Numbered from the stretch's first letter, positions 35,917 to 45,386 are shown. The stretch: DNA of 64,000 nt from Candidatus Terrybacteria bacterium RIFCSPHIGHO2_01_FULL_48_17 (GCA_001822835.1 MHSS01000002.1:1060-65059), one strand, 5' to 3'. Notes: generated from the letters alone by a model not told the origin. A program made the numbers and translations.

Positions 35917-36543
35917 ATGCCGCAAACACCAAAAAAACCTGTTGCGATAGGGGAACCGAAACTCAAGATTTGCGTATCGGGTGCTGCCGACACCGGACAC
36001 TGCGCCAAAGATGCATTGGAAAAGGCAAAGGAAATCGGGCGAGAAATTGTACGCCACAACAGCGTTTTGGTAACGGGCGCGACCCACGGCGCTCCTTACT
36101 GGGCAGCTATTGGCGCTAAAGAGGAGGGCGGTTTTTCTATTGGCCTTTCGCCAGCCGCCTCGTTTGCAGCACATACCAAGACCTATCGCCTCCCTACCGA
36201 TTACTTTGATATAATTGTGTATACGGGCTTTGAATACTCCGGGCGCAATTTGTTGCTTACCCGTTCTTCTGATGCGATTGTGGTGGTATGCGGTCGCATG
36301 GGAACGCTCAATGAGTTTACGATCGCATTTGAGGAACATAAGCCCATAGGGATATTGGAAGGCACGGGTGGCACAGCCGACATGGTTCGGGATTTGGTGC
36401 GAAAAATGCACCGCGGAGCAGGCACTATCATTTATGATCGTGACCCCCATCGTTTGATAAAACGTTTGTGCGCGGCTGTTCGGAAAAATAAACAAAGAAG
36501 CGAAAAGGTCGAAAAATTAGAACTTGTTCGTTCTCATTTATGA
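35917..36543 (+). CDS. LOG/SLOG-family Rossmann-fold protein (TIGR00725-like)
   Basis: 208 aa. GxGxxG-like VLVTGATHG and the PGGxGTxxE-like CGRMGTLNEF motif. Four nt after the RNase gene. Confidence 0.55.
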   Translation: MPQTPKKPVAIGEPKLKICVSGAADTGHCAKDALEKAKEIGREIVRHNSVLVTGATHGAPYWAAIGAKEEGGFSIGLSPAASFAAHTKTYRLPTDYFDIIVYTGFEYSGRNLLLTRSSDAIVVVCGRMGTLNEFTIAFEEHKPIGILEGTGGTADMVRDLVRKMHRGAGTIIYDRDPHRLIKRLCAAVRKNKQRSEKVEKLELVRSHL

Positions 36544-36800
36544 ATACCAATACGGGCGAACTTGTGGGAGCCATAACACATTACTATCCAAAAATTAATG
36601 TTGCGGTCGTAAAGTTGTCGGCGCCGTTGCGTGTGGGGGATAATATACAGGTAGTTACGAAGGGCGGAGAATTTACGCAGGCCGTATCATCCATGCAGGT
36701 CGACCACAAATCCGTTAACCAAGGCAACGCGGGCGAGGTTATTGCGATTATGGTTGAACAAAAAGTCCGCGAGGGGGATGAAGTTCGCAAAGTTCAATAA
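36540..36800 (+). CDS. small beta-barrel protein (EF-Tu domain-2-like), hypothetical
   Basis: 86 aa. Start overlaps the upstream stop. Pattern G.V..Y...VAVVKL...VGD.I is typical of translation-protein beta-barrels. Confidence 0.4.
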   Translation: MNTNTGELVGAITHYYPKINVAVVKLSAPLRVGDNIQVVTKGGEFTQAVSSMQVDHKSVNQGNAGEVIAIMVEQKVREGDEVRKVQ

Positions 36801-36802
36801 AT

Positions 36803-36890
36803 ATCCAATCTCCAAATCCCAATTTCCAATATTATTTTTAAACGCGAAGCCATGTTGGTTATTTGGATTTTGGTATTGGGATTTTTGCAA
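36803..36890. repeat. composite inverted oligo-repeat hairpin (CCAAATC/GATTTGG units)
   Basis: ccaatctccaaatcccaatttccaat ... ttggttatttggattttggtattgggattt. Confidence 0.6.
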
Positions 36891-37357
36891 TGCTAGATTT
36901 TCTTGATCCAGAATGGATATTCGTTCCGCGTCTGCTTTTGGCAGCGCTTTTGGGCGCGGTAGTTGGTTTTGAACGCGAATATTTCGGGAAAGCAGCGGGC
37001 TTAAGAACCTTTTCCTTGGTTTCGCTTGGCGCGTGTCTTTTTACCGTGCTATCGCTTGCCGGATTTCAAGAAATTGCGGCACAGACCGGTGCCGTGATTG
37101 ATCCTTCGCGTATCGCAGCGCAGGTAGTGGTGGGCATCGGTTTTTTGGGTGCGGGGCTCATTATATTTCGTGGATTCCGCGTAGAGGGGCTAACAACCGC
37201 CGCCGGACTTTGGGTGTCTTCCGCCATAGGAATGTCTGTTGGGGTTGGCATGTATTTGCTGGCGGCCGTCACCTCGATTTTGATGGTAATTATTTTCTTC
37301 TTCTTAAAACGGATAGAGCCGGAAGAGCATGATGGACATCGCGATCATGCGCTCTAG
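36890..37357 (+). CDS. mgtC: MgtC/SapB family membrane protein
   Basis: 155 aa from ATG (the track's TTG start at 36863 lies inside the upstream hairpin). Motif LLLAALLGAVVGFEREY. Confidence 0.75.
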   Translation: MLDFLDPEWIFVPRLLLAALLGAVVGFEREYFGKAAGLRTFSLVSLGACLFTVLSLAGFQEIAAQTGAVIDPSRIAAQVVVGIGFLGAGLIIFRGFRVEGLTTAAGLWVSSAIGMSVGVGMYLLAAVTSILMVIIFFFLKRIEPEEHDGHRDHAL

Positions 37358-38507
37358 CGCCGGAAACAAAAAATACGTTTCTGGGTTTTGGGCTGCCACC
37401 GCAACGCTTGCGGGAACCATTATTGGCGCCGGAGTATTTGGATTGCCGTTTGCCGCCGCACAAAGCGGTTTTTTTGCGGCAATTATTTGGCTTTTGGTGC
37501 TTGCCGTGGCTGTAGCGCTTTTACACCTTATGCTTGCCGAGACCATTCTTCGTACTAACGGCCGGCATCGGCTCTCGGGTCTTGCAGAGCTTTATCTTGG
37601 AAAGGGGGCTGCGCGATTTGTGCTCGTGAGCGAATTGGTGGGGCTTACGGGATCACTGTTGATATATATTGTGCTGGGCGGTTTGTTCATTTCAAATATT
37701 TTTGGGGGTATCGCCACCCCCTTTTGGGGGAGCGTAGCATTTTGGTTTTTATTTAGCTTGCCGGCGTTGTTTGGCCTCCGACTTTTTGCCGAGGTGGAAC
37801 TTTTAATGTCTGGGGCGCTTGCGGTTTTATTTTTGGGGCTAAGTATTTTTTTATTTTCCGATTTTTCTTTTTCGCATATCCCATGGGTAACATCCAAGAG
37901 CATTGCCCAGTTTTTTGTTCCCTACGGAATCATCCTTTTTGCGCTTTTGGGGACCAATGCAATTTATTCCGTGCGTGATATGCTCGGAGGGCGCGAGGGA
38001 AGGGTTTTTGGTGCAGTGGCATGGGGCAGCATTATTCCTGCGGCGATCTATTTTTTATTTAGCTTTTCGGTGCTTGGGGTGACAGGAGCCGCGACTTCAG
38101 AAGAGGCAATTTCTGGTCTTGGAAGCGTCCTGGGATTTCCTGTGGTGGTTGCGGGGTCATTCGTGGGACTGCTTGCGCTTGCCACTTCCTATATGGTGAT
38201 TGCGCGTTATGTGGTGGAAGAACTATGGTTTGATGTGCGCTTGCCGCGTTCGTTTGCCTTTGTAATGCTTCTTGTACCGATTCTGCTTTTTGGGCTCGGC
38301 GCGCGTAATTTTATTGCGATTGCCGGGTTTGTGGGTACTGTTGTTGCCGCAATTTCCGGAACAATTATTGTATTAACCTGGTGGCGCGCCAAAACCAGGG
38401 GAGAGCGCAGATCAGAAATTCATGTTCCCGTGCCAAAAGTGGCTGCAATTGCTATAGTGGTTATGTTTCTTGTCGCTGCAATATTACAAGTCGCATTTTT
38501 ATTATGA
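37347..38507 (+). CDS. amino acid transporter-like polytopic membrane protein
   Basis: 386 aa with about 11 TM segments. Overlaps mgtC by 11 nt. Confidence 0.5.
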   Translation: MRSSAGNKKYVSGFWAATATLAGTIIGAGVFGLPFAAAQSGFFAAIIWLLVLAVAVALLHLMLAETILRTNGRHRLSGLAELYLGKGAARFVLVSELVGLTGSLLIYIVLGGLFISNIFGGIATPFWGSVAFWFLFSLPALFGLRLFAEVELLMSGALAVLFLGLSIFLFSDFSFSHIPWVTSKSIAQFFVPYGIILFALLGTNAIYSVRDMLGGREGRVFGAVAWGSIIPAAIYFLFSFSVLGVTGAATSEEAISGLGSVLGFPVVVAGSFVGLLALATSYMVIARYVVEELWFDVRLPRSFAFVMLLVPILLFGLGARNFIAIAGFVGTVVAAISGTIIVLTWWRAKTRGERRSEIHVPVPKVAAIAIVVMFLVAAILQVAFLL

Positions 38508-39043
38508 AAACACAAAAATTTTCCCAGAGAGGTACTAAAACTTTTTTGCGCTATACTCCAAGCCCGCGAAAAACGGAACAGGAATTTGGGCCGGGACGGC
38601 ACGAGTATTTTGTATGCTCCGATTGTGGCGCCGTTTATTTCAAGAAATCGTGGCATCATAGCTTTCGCGGCTCAAACGTGCGAGGCGGCAAGCATGTCCA
38701 TTTCACGAAATGCCCCGCATGTGCCATGATCGCAAACAAAAAGTTTGAAGGCGAAGTTTTTATTGATACCAGTAATCTTTCTGGAAAAATGCGCCAAGAA
38801 CTGATACAACACCTCCGGCACGTGGGGGAGCGGGCGTACGCGCGAGATCCGATGCACCGAATCATAAAGTTACAAGTTCAAGGTTCAAAAGGTTCAATAG
38901 TTCGGGTGACGACGACGGAAAATCAGTTGGCGATTCGAATTGGTAGGGAGGTTGAAAAATTATTGAAGGGAAAAGGGAGAAAGCGAGTGGAGTTTTCGAA
39001 GGAAGAGGATGTGGTGAGGGTGTTTTGGAAAAGCGCGCGCTAA
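38504..39043 (+). CDS. C4 zinc-ribbon protein, hypothetical
   Basis: 179 aa from MKTQKF, with CSDCG...CPAC. Contains an in-frame oligo-repeat insert (VQGSKGSIVRV). Confidence 0.5.
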   Translation: MKTQKFSQRGTKTFLRYTPSPRKTEQEFGPGRHEYFVCSDCGAVYFKKSWHHSFRGSNVRGGKHVHFTKCPACAMIANKKFEGEVFIDTSNLSGKMRQELIQHLRHVGERAYARDPMHRIIKLQVQGSKGSIVRVTTTENQLAIRIGREVEKLLKGKGRKRVEFSKEEDVVRVFWKSAR

Positions 39044-39097
39044 ATCTCGCGTTGGCCTGCGGGGGCGATCGCTCGGGATGCTCTTCGAAAAGAGGAT

Positions 39098-39197
39098 AGC
39101 TCGCGAACCGTCCGGAAAAATTCTCCGCCTCCATTGACTGCGATACATTATTGATCCCACCGCCAGCCCGAGAGAATTTTTCCGACAGTTCGCTCGC
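39098..39197. repeat. ~105-bp MITE-like palindromic element, copy B
   Basis: About 95% identical to 11744-11850, with the same terminal inverted repeats and core. Confidence 0.6.
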
Positions 39198-39305
39198 AAA
39201 AGAAACAACTGCGCCTTTCTCAGCGCATCCACTCGCTTTCAAATATTTTCTGCGGACGGGTTTCCTTTTTTCGGAAACGCTCGATTTAGGCGCACTTTCC
39301 ATATT

Positions 39306-40670
39306 ATGTCAATCCCTCGCGTTTTTCTATATTCTATCTTCCATCTTCTATCCTCGCGCAAAGAGGAGTTCCTCCTTGCGTTCTTCGTGCTTACCGCGCC
39401 TTTACAAATCCGATGGTTTTTGAAAGATCTTACCCAGCTTGTTGATGTTGAATGGACACAGGCATGGGTGTGGTTAAGCGATTTCGTTCTGTTGGCGCTT
39501 GTGGCGGTTTGGATATGGCGAGGGGGACATAAGGCAACGCGTGCGATGTGGCCGATTTTGTTTTCCGTTCCTGTGTTTGTGCTTGCCGCTTTAAGCCCCA
39601 ACCCGATCTTGGGTTTGTGGTCGGCAGTAAAACTTGCAGAAGGTCTTGCGCTTTTTTCGTATGTGCGCGCCAACAAAAACATTGCTTTCTCGCGCGCAAG
39701 CATCATCTCTTTTGTTGCCATTGTAACTATTATGGCCGTTGTCGCCATTGCCCAGTTTTGGTTGCAGCATGATTTGGGTCTTCAAAAAATAGGGGAGAGC
39801 GAGCTTTCGCCAAACCTTCCAGCGGTTGCAAAATTTGAGCTGCCTGATGGCTCAAAACTTATGCGCGCATATTCTTTGGCGCCGCATCCAAACATTGCCG
39901 CGGTGATATTTCTTGCCGGAATTTTTGTTATTTCGTGGCTGTACATCAAGCGGGGGGTGGGTTTGGTGTGGCGGTTCTCTTTTAAGCGACTTAAGCAAGA
40001 ACTTGTGCTTGGCGTTTCGCTTTTTGTGTTGTTATTTGCGCTTGCGGTTACGTTTTCCCGCAGCGCATGGATGGGATTTGTATTGGGCATTGGAGTTTTG
40101 GTGGCAGGTATTGTGATAATTCCGACGCTTCTTCGTGTCTATATCTTTGAAGCCCTGCGTTTTATGTTATTGGTCATTGCAATCGTTGGGTTGTTGTATT
40201 TTGCCGTTCCTGGAATGCAGATACGTACACATATCAACTCGCAGGAACAGGCAGTAACCCTGCGAAAGTTTTTCAGCGAACAGGCGATTGAAATGCTAAA
40301 AGAAAAGCCAATTTTAGGAGTTGGGCCCGGCCAATTTGTAGAGGAGCTGGCTGCGCGCCATATCGTGAACTTGCCGGGTGAGCGCTTAACGCTCGGGCCT
40401 ATATTTTTGCAGCCGGTGCACAATGTGCCGTTTTTGTGGGCAGCAGAATACGGCCTCCCTATCGCTATGCTTTTTTTGCTTTTTGGCATGTGGTTATTTT
40501 TGCGAAAACTCTTTAACATCATACGCGAATCCGGTCCGGCAAGTTCATTACAACGTCTTCTTGCCGTGTCGTTATTTGCGAGCTTTGTGTCGCTTTTCAT
40601 GTTCGATCATTTTTTCTGGACACTTCAACAGGGACGCCTGCTTTTCTTCTTGACGCTTGCCTTCCTCTAG
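39306..40670 (+). CDS. O-antigen ligase / Wzy_C family membrane protein
   Basis: 454 aa with about 11 TMs. Periplasmic loop motif PVHNVPFLWAAEYGL (the H...E...G pattern of WaaL). Confidence 0.65.
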   Translation: MSIPRVFLYSIFHLLSSRKEEFLLAFFVLTAPLQIRWFLKDLTQLVDVEWTQAWVWLSDFVLLALVAVWIWRGGHKATRAMWPILFSVPVFVLAALSPNPILGLWSAVKLAEGLALFSYVRANKNIAFSRASIISFVAIVTIMAVVAIAQFWLQHDLGLQKIGESELSPNLPAVAKFELPDGSKLMRAYSLAPHPNIAAVIFLAGIFVISWLYIKRGVGLVWRFSFKRLKQELVLGVSLFVLLFALAVTFSRSAWMGFVLGIGVLVAGIVIIPTLLRVYIFEALRFMLLVIAIVGLLYFAVPGMQIRTHINSQEQAVTLRKFFSEQAIEMLKEKPILGVGPGQFVEELAARHIVNLPGERLTLGPIFLQPVHNVPFLWAAEYGLPIAMLFLLFGMWLFLRKLFNIIRESGPASSLQRLLAVSLFASFVSLFMFDHFFWTLQQGRLLFFLTLAFL

Positions 40671-40720
40671 TTTAGTTTCTTACATGGCTGTCATTGTAGG
40701 ACACGGTTTTATTCAAACGC

Positions 40721-40748
40721 AAAGCCCCTGGGAGGGGCTTATTTTATT
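40721..40748. terminator. hairpin terminator between convergent genes
   Basis: aagcccc-tggga-ggggctt followed by attttatt. Confidence 0.55.
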
Positions 40749-41371
40749 ATAGGCAGGGTTTTGAGTTCTCTAAAATCTTTCAGGAAGTATTGCGCGCCGG
40801 CTTTGGCGAGCTTTGTTTTTGTATGCACGCCGCCAAGGTATGCGACGGCAATGCATCCTGCGGCGCGCGCAAAGCGCATGTCGCTGTCTTGATCGCCCAC
40901 ATACGCCACTTCTTGTGGAGAAACATCCATTTCGCTGCAGAGCGCAAGAATCGTTTCGGCCTTGTCGTGAACGCCGCCTTCTACGCGGCTGAATAAGAGA
41001 TTAAGGGCGTGTTGGTCGAGCAGCGGAAGGGTGATGTCGTTTTGCTGCGTTGAGACAATGGTGGCAGGAATACCCCGGCGATAGAGCCAATGGAGCACTT
41101 CGCGAACTCCCAGCGAAGGGGCGGGCGGTGGCTGTTTTTGGTAGGCGCTGTTATATAGTTCGTACAATTTTGCGTGCGACGCCATCTCTTCCGTGATGCC
41201 GGCTTCGCGATACATTTTGGTCCACGGCTGCGTAAATTGTTGCCGTAGTTCTCGCAGCGGCATGCGGGGTTTGCCGAAATGGTCAAAAATGCACGACAGC
41301 GCCTCCAGAAGCTGCGGCGTGTCATTAAAAAGCGTGCCATTTACGTCAAAATCAATGCGTTTAATCTTCAT
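40739..41371 (-). CDS. HAD-superfamily hydrolase (paralog, motif I DxN)
   Basis: 210 aa from MKIKRIDFDVNGTLFND. HAD motifs II-IV present. Confidence 0.75.
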   Translation of the reverse strand: MKIKRIDFDVNGTLFNDTPQLLEALSCIFDHFGKPRMPLRELRQQFTQPWTKMYREAGITEEMASHAKLYELYNSAYQKQPPPAPSLGVREVLHWLYRRGIPATIVSTQQNDITLPLLDQHALNLLFSRVEGGVHDKAETILALCSEMDVSPQEVAYVGDQDSDMRFARAAGCIAVAYLGGVHTKTKLAKAGAQYFLKDFRELKTLPIIK

Positions 41372-41427
41372 TTTTTTCTTCTTTTATTTATTAAGGCGCT
41401 TGTTTTGCAATCGTATCATTTCTGCTT

Positions 41428-41456
41428 TAAAAATCAACCCCTCATTGGAGGGGTTT
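41428..41456 (-). terminator. terminator of the DUF218 gene
   Basis: aacccctc-caat-gaggggtt on the minus strand followed by gatttttaaa. Confidence 0.5.
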
Positions 41457-41464
41457 AGACGTCT

Positions 41465-42055
41465 TTAATGGTCGTTTCGATTGTAGTTTTGGTTTTTCAC
41501 CCGTTTCCGTCGTAATCCTGCCTTTATGTTCGCAGTCGGAGGAAAATAGTATCCCGCGATATCTACTATTGTGCCAAGATAATCGTGCAGGAATGTCTGC
41601 GGCAGAGATTCGTGGGCGGCAAAAGCGCCTACTGTAACTTTTAGATTTTTGGGAAGGAGGCGTGGTGCAAGAAATTTTACCTTACGTTGGGCGTGCGTGA
41701 GACAGAATACCTTTGCCTCGCAATCATTACGGGAACGGAAGCCGGGAAACATCGCATAAGTAATCGCGCTTTTTTGTATCACGCGTCCGGCGTTCACGAG
41801 GTTTTCTTTGGTGGTAAACGAGTCATGATCCCGTAAAATGATAAACCGCACCCCATGCGTCTCTAGATAATTTGCCATAAGATCCGCTTCGTTTTTTTGA
41901 GGAATGTGCGGATCGGTATATCCTCCGCACGTAATTATATAGCCGATGTGTTTTTGATTCGCATTGATATATTTGTTCACCGCATCAAGGTAGGCCTTAA
42001 GATTTTTGGTGAGTACACATCCGTATCCCAGCACAACCACGACTTGATTTACCAC
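41465..42055 (-). CDS. DUF218 (YdcF/SanA-like) domain protein
   Basis: 196 aa. The VVVLGYG...YIITCGG pattern is typical of DUF218. Confidence 0.55.
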   Translation of the reverse strand: MVNQVVVVLGYGCVLTKNLKAYLDAVNKYINANQKHIGYIITCGGYTDPHIPQKNEADLMANYLETHGVRFIILRDHDSFTTKENLVNAGRVIQKSAITYAMFPGFRSRNDCEAKVFCLTHAQRKVKFLAPRLLPKNLKVTVGAFAAHESLPQTFLHDYLGTIVDIAGYYFPPTANIKAGLRRKRVKNQNYNRNDH

Positions 42056-42142
42056 GGTATTTCTCCTTTCGGATTGTCAGAGAGCGTCGTGTGAATTATT
42101 TATTATCTTTTAAACAAAGTCAACATCTAGCCAGAAAGGCCA

Positions 42143-43480
42143 TTGCATCGTATGATGCATCCGATGCGTTGGTTCGGCGACTTTCATATTCATTCCCGGT
42201 TTTCGCGCGCAACATCAAAAGAGTTAACGTTGCCGGTGTTAGATGAGTGGGCACGCAAAAAAGGGATTGCAGTTATGGGAACGGGGGATTTTACGCATCC
42301 CCAATGGATTTCGGAACTTAAAGAACAACTCGAACCTTCGCCAGAGAAAGGATTATTCTGGCTTCGGAATGACAAAATCCAAAATCCAAAATCCAAAACG
42401 CGGTTTCTTTTGACGGTGGAGATTTCGAGCATTTACTCAAAAGCTGGGAGGGTGCGGAAGGTGCATACGATTCTATTTGCACCATCGTTTGAGGCGGCAG
42501 AGGCAATAAATGCTCGCCTTTCCTGGACCGGCAATTTAGCATCTGATGGCCGTCCTATTATCGGGATGGATGCGAAAGAGGTAGCAAAGATTGCGTTTAA
42601 GTCCTCGCCCGACTGTATGGTGATTCCGGCGCACGCATGGACTCCATGGTTTAGTATTTTTGGATCTATGTCCGGATTCGATAGTATCGAGGAATGTTTT
42701 GAAGAGCTTGCGCCAAATATTTTGGCAATAGAAACCGGTTTGTCGTCTGACCCATCCATGAACTGGCGAGTTTCGGCTCTTGATAATGTGGCTTTGATGT
42801 CTAACTCCGATAGTCATTCGGCAAGAAAAATCGGACGCGAGGTAAATGTACTTGATGGGGCAATGTCGTACCCCGCGATTGTAGACGCATTCCGAACCGG
42901 AGCGCCCGTACGCGCTGGCGAGCGCGAAAAAGCCGCTTGCAAGCTTTTGGGCACCATTGAATTTTTCCCGGAGGAAGGGAAATATCATTACGATGGGCAT
43001 CGTTTGTGCAAAGTACGCTGGACGCCGGCACAGACAAGAGAAAATAGTGGAAAGTGCACCGTATGCGGACGACCCGTAACGGTGGGGGTACTTTCGCGCG
43101 TGGATGATTTGGCAGATCGTCCAGAGGGACAAAAGCCCGAAGGCGCGCCGCATTTTCGTTCATTAGTACCGCTTGAGGAGATTATCGCTGATGTTGTGGG
43201 GGTTGGGACGGGCACAAAGTCGGTTGAGGGGAGTTATAACACGCTTGTTTCGGCGTTTGGAAATGAGTTTTCGGTGCTATTGGATGCGCCAATTGAACAA
43301 ATCGCCAAAGAATCTACTTCTCAAATCGCTGAAGGTATTCGGCGCGTGCGCGAACGGAAACTATATATCGAGCCGGGATACGACGGCGAATTTGGGAAAG
43401 TGAAGATTTTTGGGGAAGAGGAAAGGGAATCTATCGGTAAACAGGGATCGGGGGACAAGGAACAGGACAGTTTATTTTAA
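42143..43480 (+). CDS. PHP-domain nuclease, endonuclease Q-like (TIGR00375 family)
   Basis: 445 aa. N-terminal PHP motif FHIHSRFSRATS, a His-rich metal site, and a C-terminal Zn finger (C..HR..C...C..C). Confidence 0.5.
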   Translation: MHRMMHPMRWFGDFHIHSRFSRATSKELTLPVLDEWARKKGIAVMGTGDFTHPQWISELKEQLEPSPEKGLFWLRNDKIQNPKSKTRFLLTVEISSIYSKAGRVRKVHTILFAPSFEAAEAINARLSWTGNLASDGRPIIGMDAKEVAKIAFKSSPDCMVIPAHAWTPWFSIFGSMSGFDSIEECFEELAPNILAIETGLSSDPSMNWRVSALDNVALMSNSDSHSARKIGREVNVLDGAMSYPAIVDAFRTGAPVRAGEREKAACKLLGTIEFFPEEGKYHYDGHRLCKVRWTPAQTRENSGKCTVCGRPVTVGVLSRVDDLADRPEGQKPEGAPHFRSLVPLEEIIADVVGVGTGTKSVEGSYNTLVSAFGNEFSVLLDAPIEQIAKESTSQIAEGIRRVRERKLYIEPGYDGEFGKVKIFGEEERESIGKQGSGDKEQDSLF

Positions 43481-43521
43481 GAAAGCGCCATTCCTTTATC
43501 CCTATTGGCGTAGCGTTGCCC

Positions 43522-43550
43522 TTGACGCAGACGAGATTTGCGCACATAAT
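43522..43550 (+). promoter_or_regulatory. candidate sigma-70 promoter of the metalloprotease gene
   Basis: TTGACG, 17 nt, CATAAT, about 48 nt upstream of the ATG. Confidence 0.45.
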
Positions 43551-43597
43551 GGAGTAAGTCGATAAGGCATTTGCCAATATAATTAACATAACGTCGT

Positions 43598-44479
43598 ATG
43601 CATACCACAATAAACCAAAAAATCCTTGCGCTTGCCGTAATGGTGAGCGTGTTGGGGCTATCAGCTCCTGTTGCTGCAGCTCCTCCGGTGTTTTCAAATA
43701 TCGACCTTACAACGCCCGGCACTAACCGGACCTTAACATTACCTGCGGCGGCAGATAATTCGCCGGTCATTTCTCTTGGCTCTGCGGTTGATCCGGAAAC
43801 CGGCACGGTAGTTGAAGGATATGCAATTGTACACTATAAAGCCGACTTTACGCATCGCGAAGGACACGCAAAGGGAGGAAAGAGTGGTGGTAATGGAGCG
43901 GGTGCCTGTTACGGGTTTCTTGCGAGCGGCGCAAGGTGGAAAACGGTTGAACCGTGGGTCGTGAATGCCTCAAACACGCGTGGTCTCGACGCGGCATTTG
44001 TTGCAAGCAATCTTGCGGCAGACATTGCAAAGTGGGAAGATGCTGCTGACGGCACGGTGGGCGATGCAGGCAGCGTCGATATTTTGGGGGTCGGATCCTC
44101 TACTTCCGATGTTTTGGTTGCCGACACATCTTCTCCAGATGGCGTAAACGAAGTATATTTTGCGGATGTTTCAAGTTCCGGCGCAATTGCCGTTACTATT
44201 GTGTGGGGTTACTTTTCGGGACCGCCGTTTGCGCGCGAGCTTTTGGAATGGGATATGATTTTTGACGATGTTGACTTTGACTGGTCGCCCACGGGCGAGG
44301 CAAGCAAGATGGATTTTGAAAATATCGCAACGCACGAGCTTGGCCACAGCGTTGGCTTGGGCGACTTGTACGAACCATCATGCGCCGAGGAGACCATGTA
44401 CGGGTATGCCACCGAAGGGGAGACAAAGAAGCAGGATCTGAATGCGGGCGACATTGCCGGAGTTAGCAAGCTGTACTAG
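43598..44479 (+). CDS. secreted metzincin-like zinc metalloprotease
   Basis: 293 aa. Signal peptide (ILALAVMVSVLGLSAPVAAA) and a zinc motif HELGHSVGLGD plus a downstream Met-turn. Confidence 0.65.
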   Translation: MHTTINQKILALAVMVSVLGLSAPVAAAPPVFSNIDLTTPGTNRTLTLPAAADNSPVISLGSAVDPETGTVVEGYAIVHYKADFTHREGHAKGGKSGGNGAGACYGFLASGARWKTVEPWVVNASNTRGLDAAFVASNLAADIAKWEDAADGTVGDAGSVDILGVGSSTSDVLVADTSSPDGVNEVYFADVSSSGAIAVTIVWGYFSGPPFARELLEWDMIFDDVDFDWSPTGEASKMDFENIATHELGHSVGLGDLYEPSCAEETMYGYATEGETKKQDLNAGDIAGVSKLY

Positions 44480-44621
44480 ACGGAGTTTCCAGCAATAAGT
44501 CATCAAGAATCAGCGATCAGACAAAGATGCCCCGGGCGCGTGCGCCGGGGCATAGTGTTATAATAACGATAAGCCGTTCGTCTCTACTCCCTATTCACTA
44601 TTCCCCAATCCCTATTTTGCT

Positions 44622-45083
44622 ATGGACCCAAAACATCTCGATTTAGACCCAAAAGCCATACGGGAGCTTTGCGTGCGCTACGAACGCGAACTGGTCTATG
44701 CCAAGGACTGGATGTTTTGGTTTTTGATGGTATGGACCATCCTGCTTTTGGGTATGGAGTGGCTCCATTTTTTTACCGCACGGGGAGTACCTGCCGCCAT
44801 GACCGCAGGATATGTCGTGCTTTTGGGAACATATATTGCGCACAAGGAGGTCTTGCGCTGGACCGGCATTGCAGCGCATATCCATCGCGGCGAGATTTTT
44901 GTTTATATTTGGTGGGGTGCGCTTTTGGTCATGTTTTTAGTTGAGTATTCTTGGGGTACATTTCGCATCCCCGAGGGCATGACCACGCTTGCATATGAGG
45001 TATTGGGGTACTTTTTGGTCACCGAGGTTTCAAAAGCAGTAAATACGTGGAGAAAACATAAAAAGTTAGGGAATAGAGAATAG
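44622..45083 (+). CDS. membrane protein, hypothetical
   Basis: 153 aa with 4 TMs. The gene is bracketed by inverted CCCTATT/AATAGGG oligo-repeats. Confidence 0.5.
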   Translation: MDPKHLDLDPKAIRELCVRYERELVYAKDWMFWFLMVWTILLLGMEWLHFFTARGVPAAMTAGYVVLLGTYIAHKEVLRWTGIAAHIHRGEIFVYIWWGALLVMFLVEYSWGTFRIPEGMTTLAYEVLGYFLVTEVSKAVNTWRKHKKLGNRE

Positions 45084-45386
45084 GGAGATAAGGGGATAGA
45101 GAAGTGGGGACAGAAAGAAAAGCCCCGATATTGTTCGGGGCCTCTGGGGTGGCGTAGAGCCACGTGCCTTACCAGCAAAGGAAGCATATGCCTTTCATTG
45201 TTGTTTGTCAAATTGGTGCCGGAAATGAAAAGACTCGCCCGTGTTGAAGCGAGTCCATGCTCCGGCAAGATTAAACCGAAGCGAGATGATTGCTGGGGGT
45301 GGTGGAAGGAGAGGAGTTAACCTAGTAGCGGTCACCACCCCCCAGCCCATCCGCTACCAGTTTCTATTATACTCTTATTATTATAA

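Noticed and set aside
38504-39043. Assignment of the C4 zinc-ribbon protein to the NMD3-like family
   Set aside because: The resemblance (CxxCG...YFKKSWHH) rests on my recollection of NMD3-type treble clefs and cannot be verified without a search. It is left as hypothetical.
45145-45355. Confident SRP RNA call for the PolX-upstream spacer
   Set aside because: Only a loose resemblance to the domain IV motif; no GNRA-capped helix 8 could be folded by hand. It is kept as a low-confidence ncRNA candidate rather than a feature.
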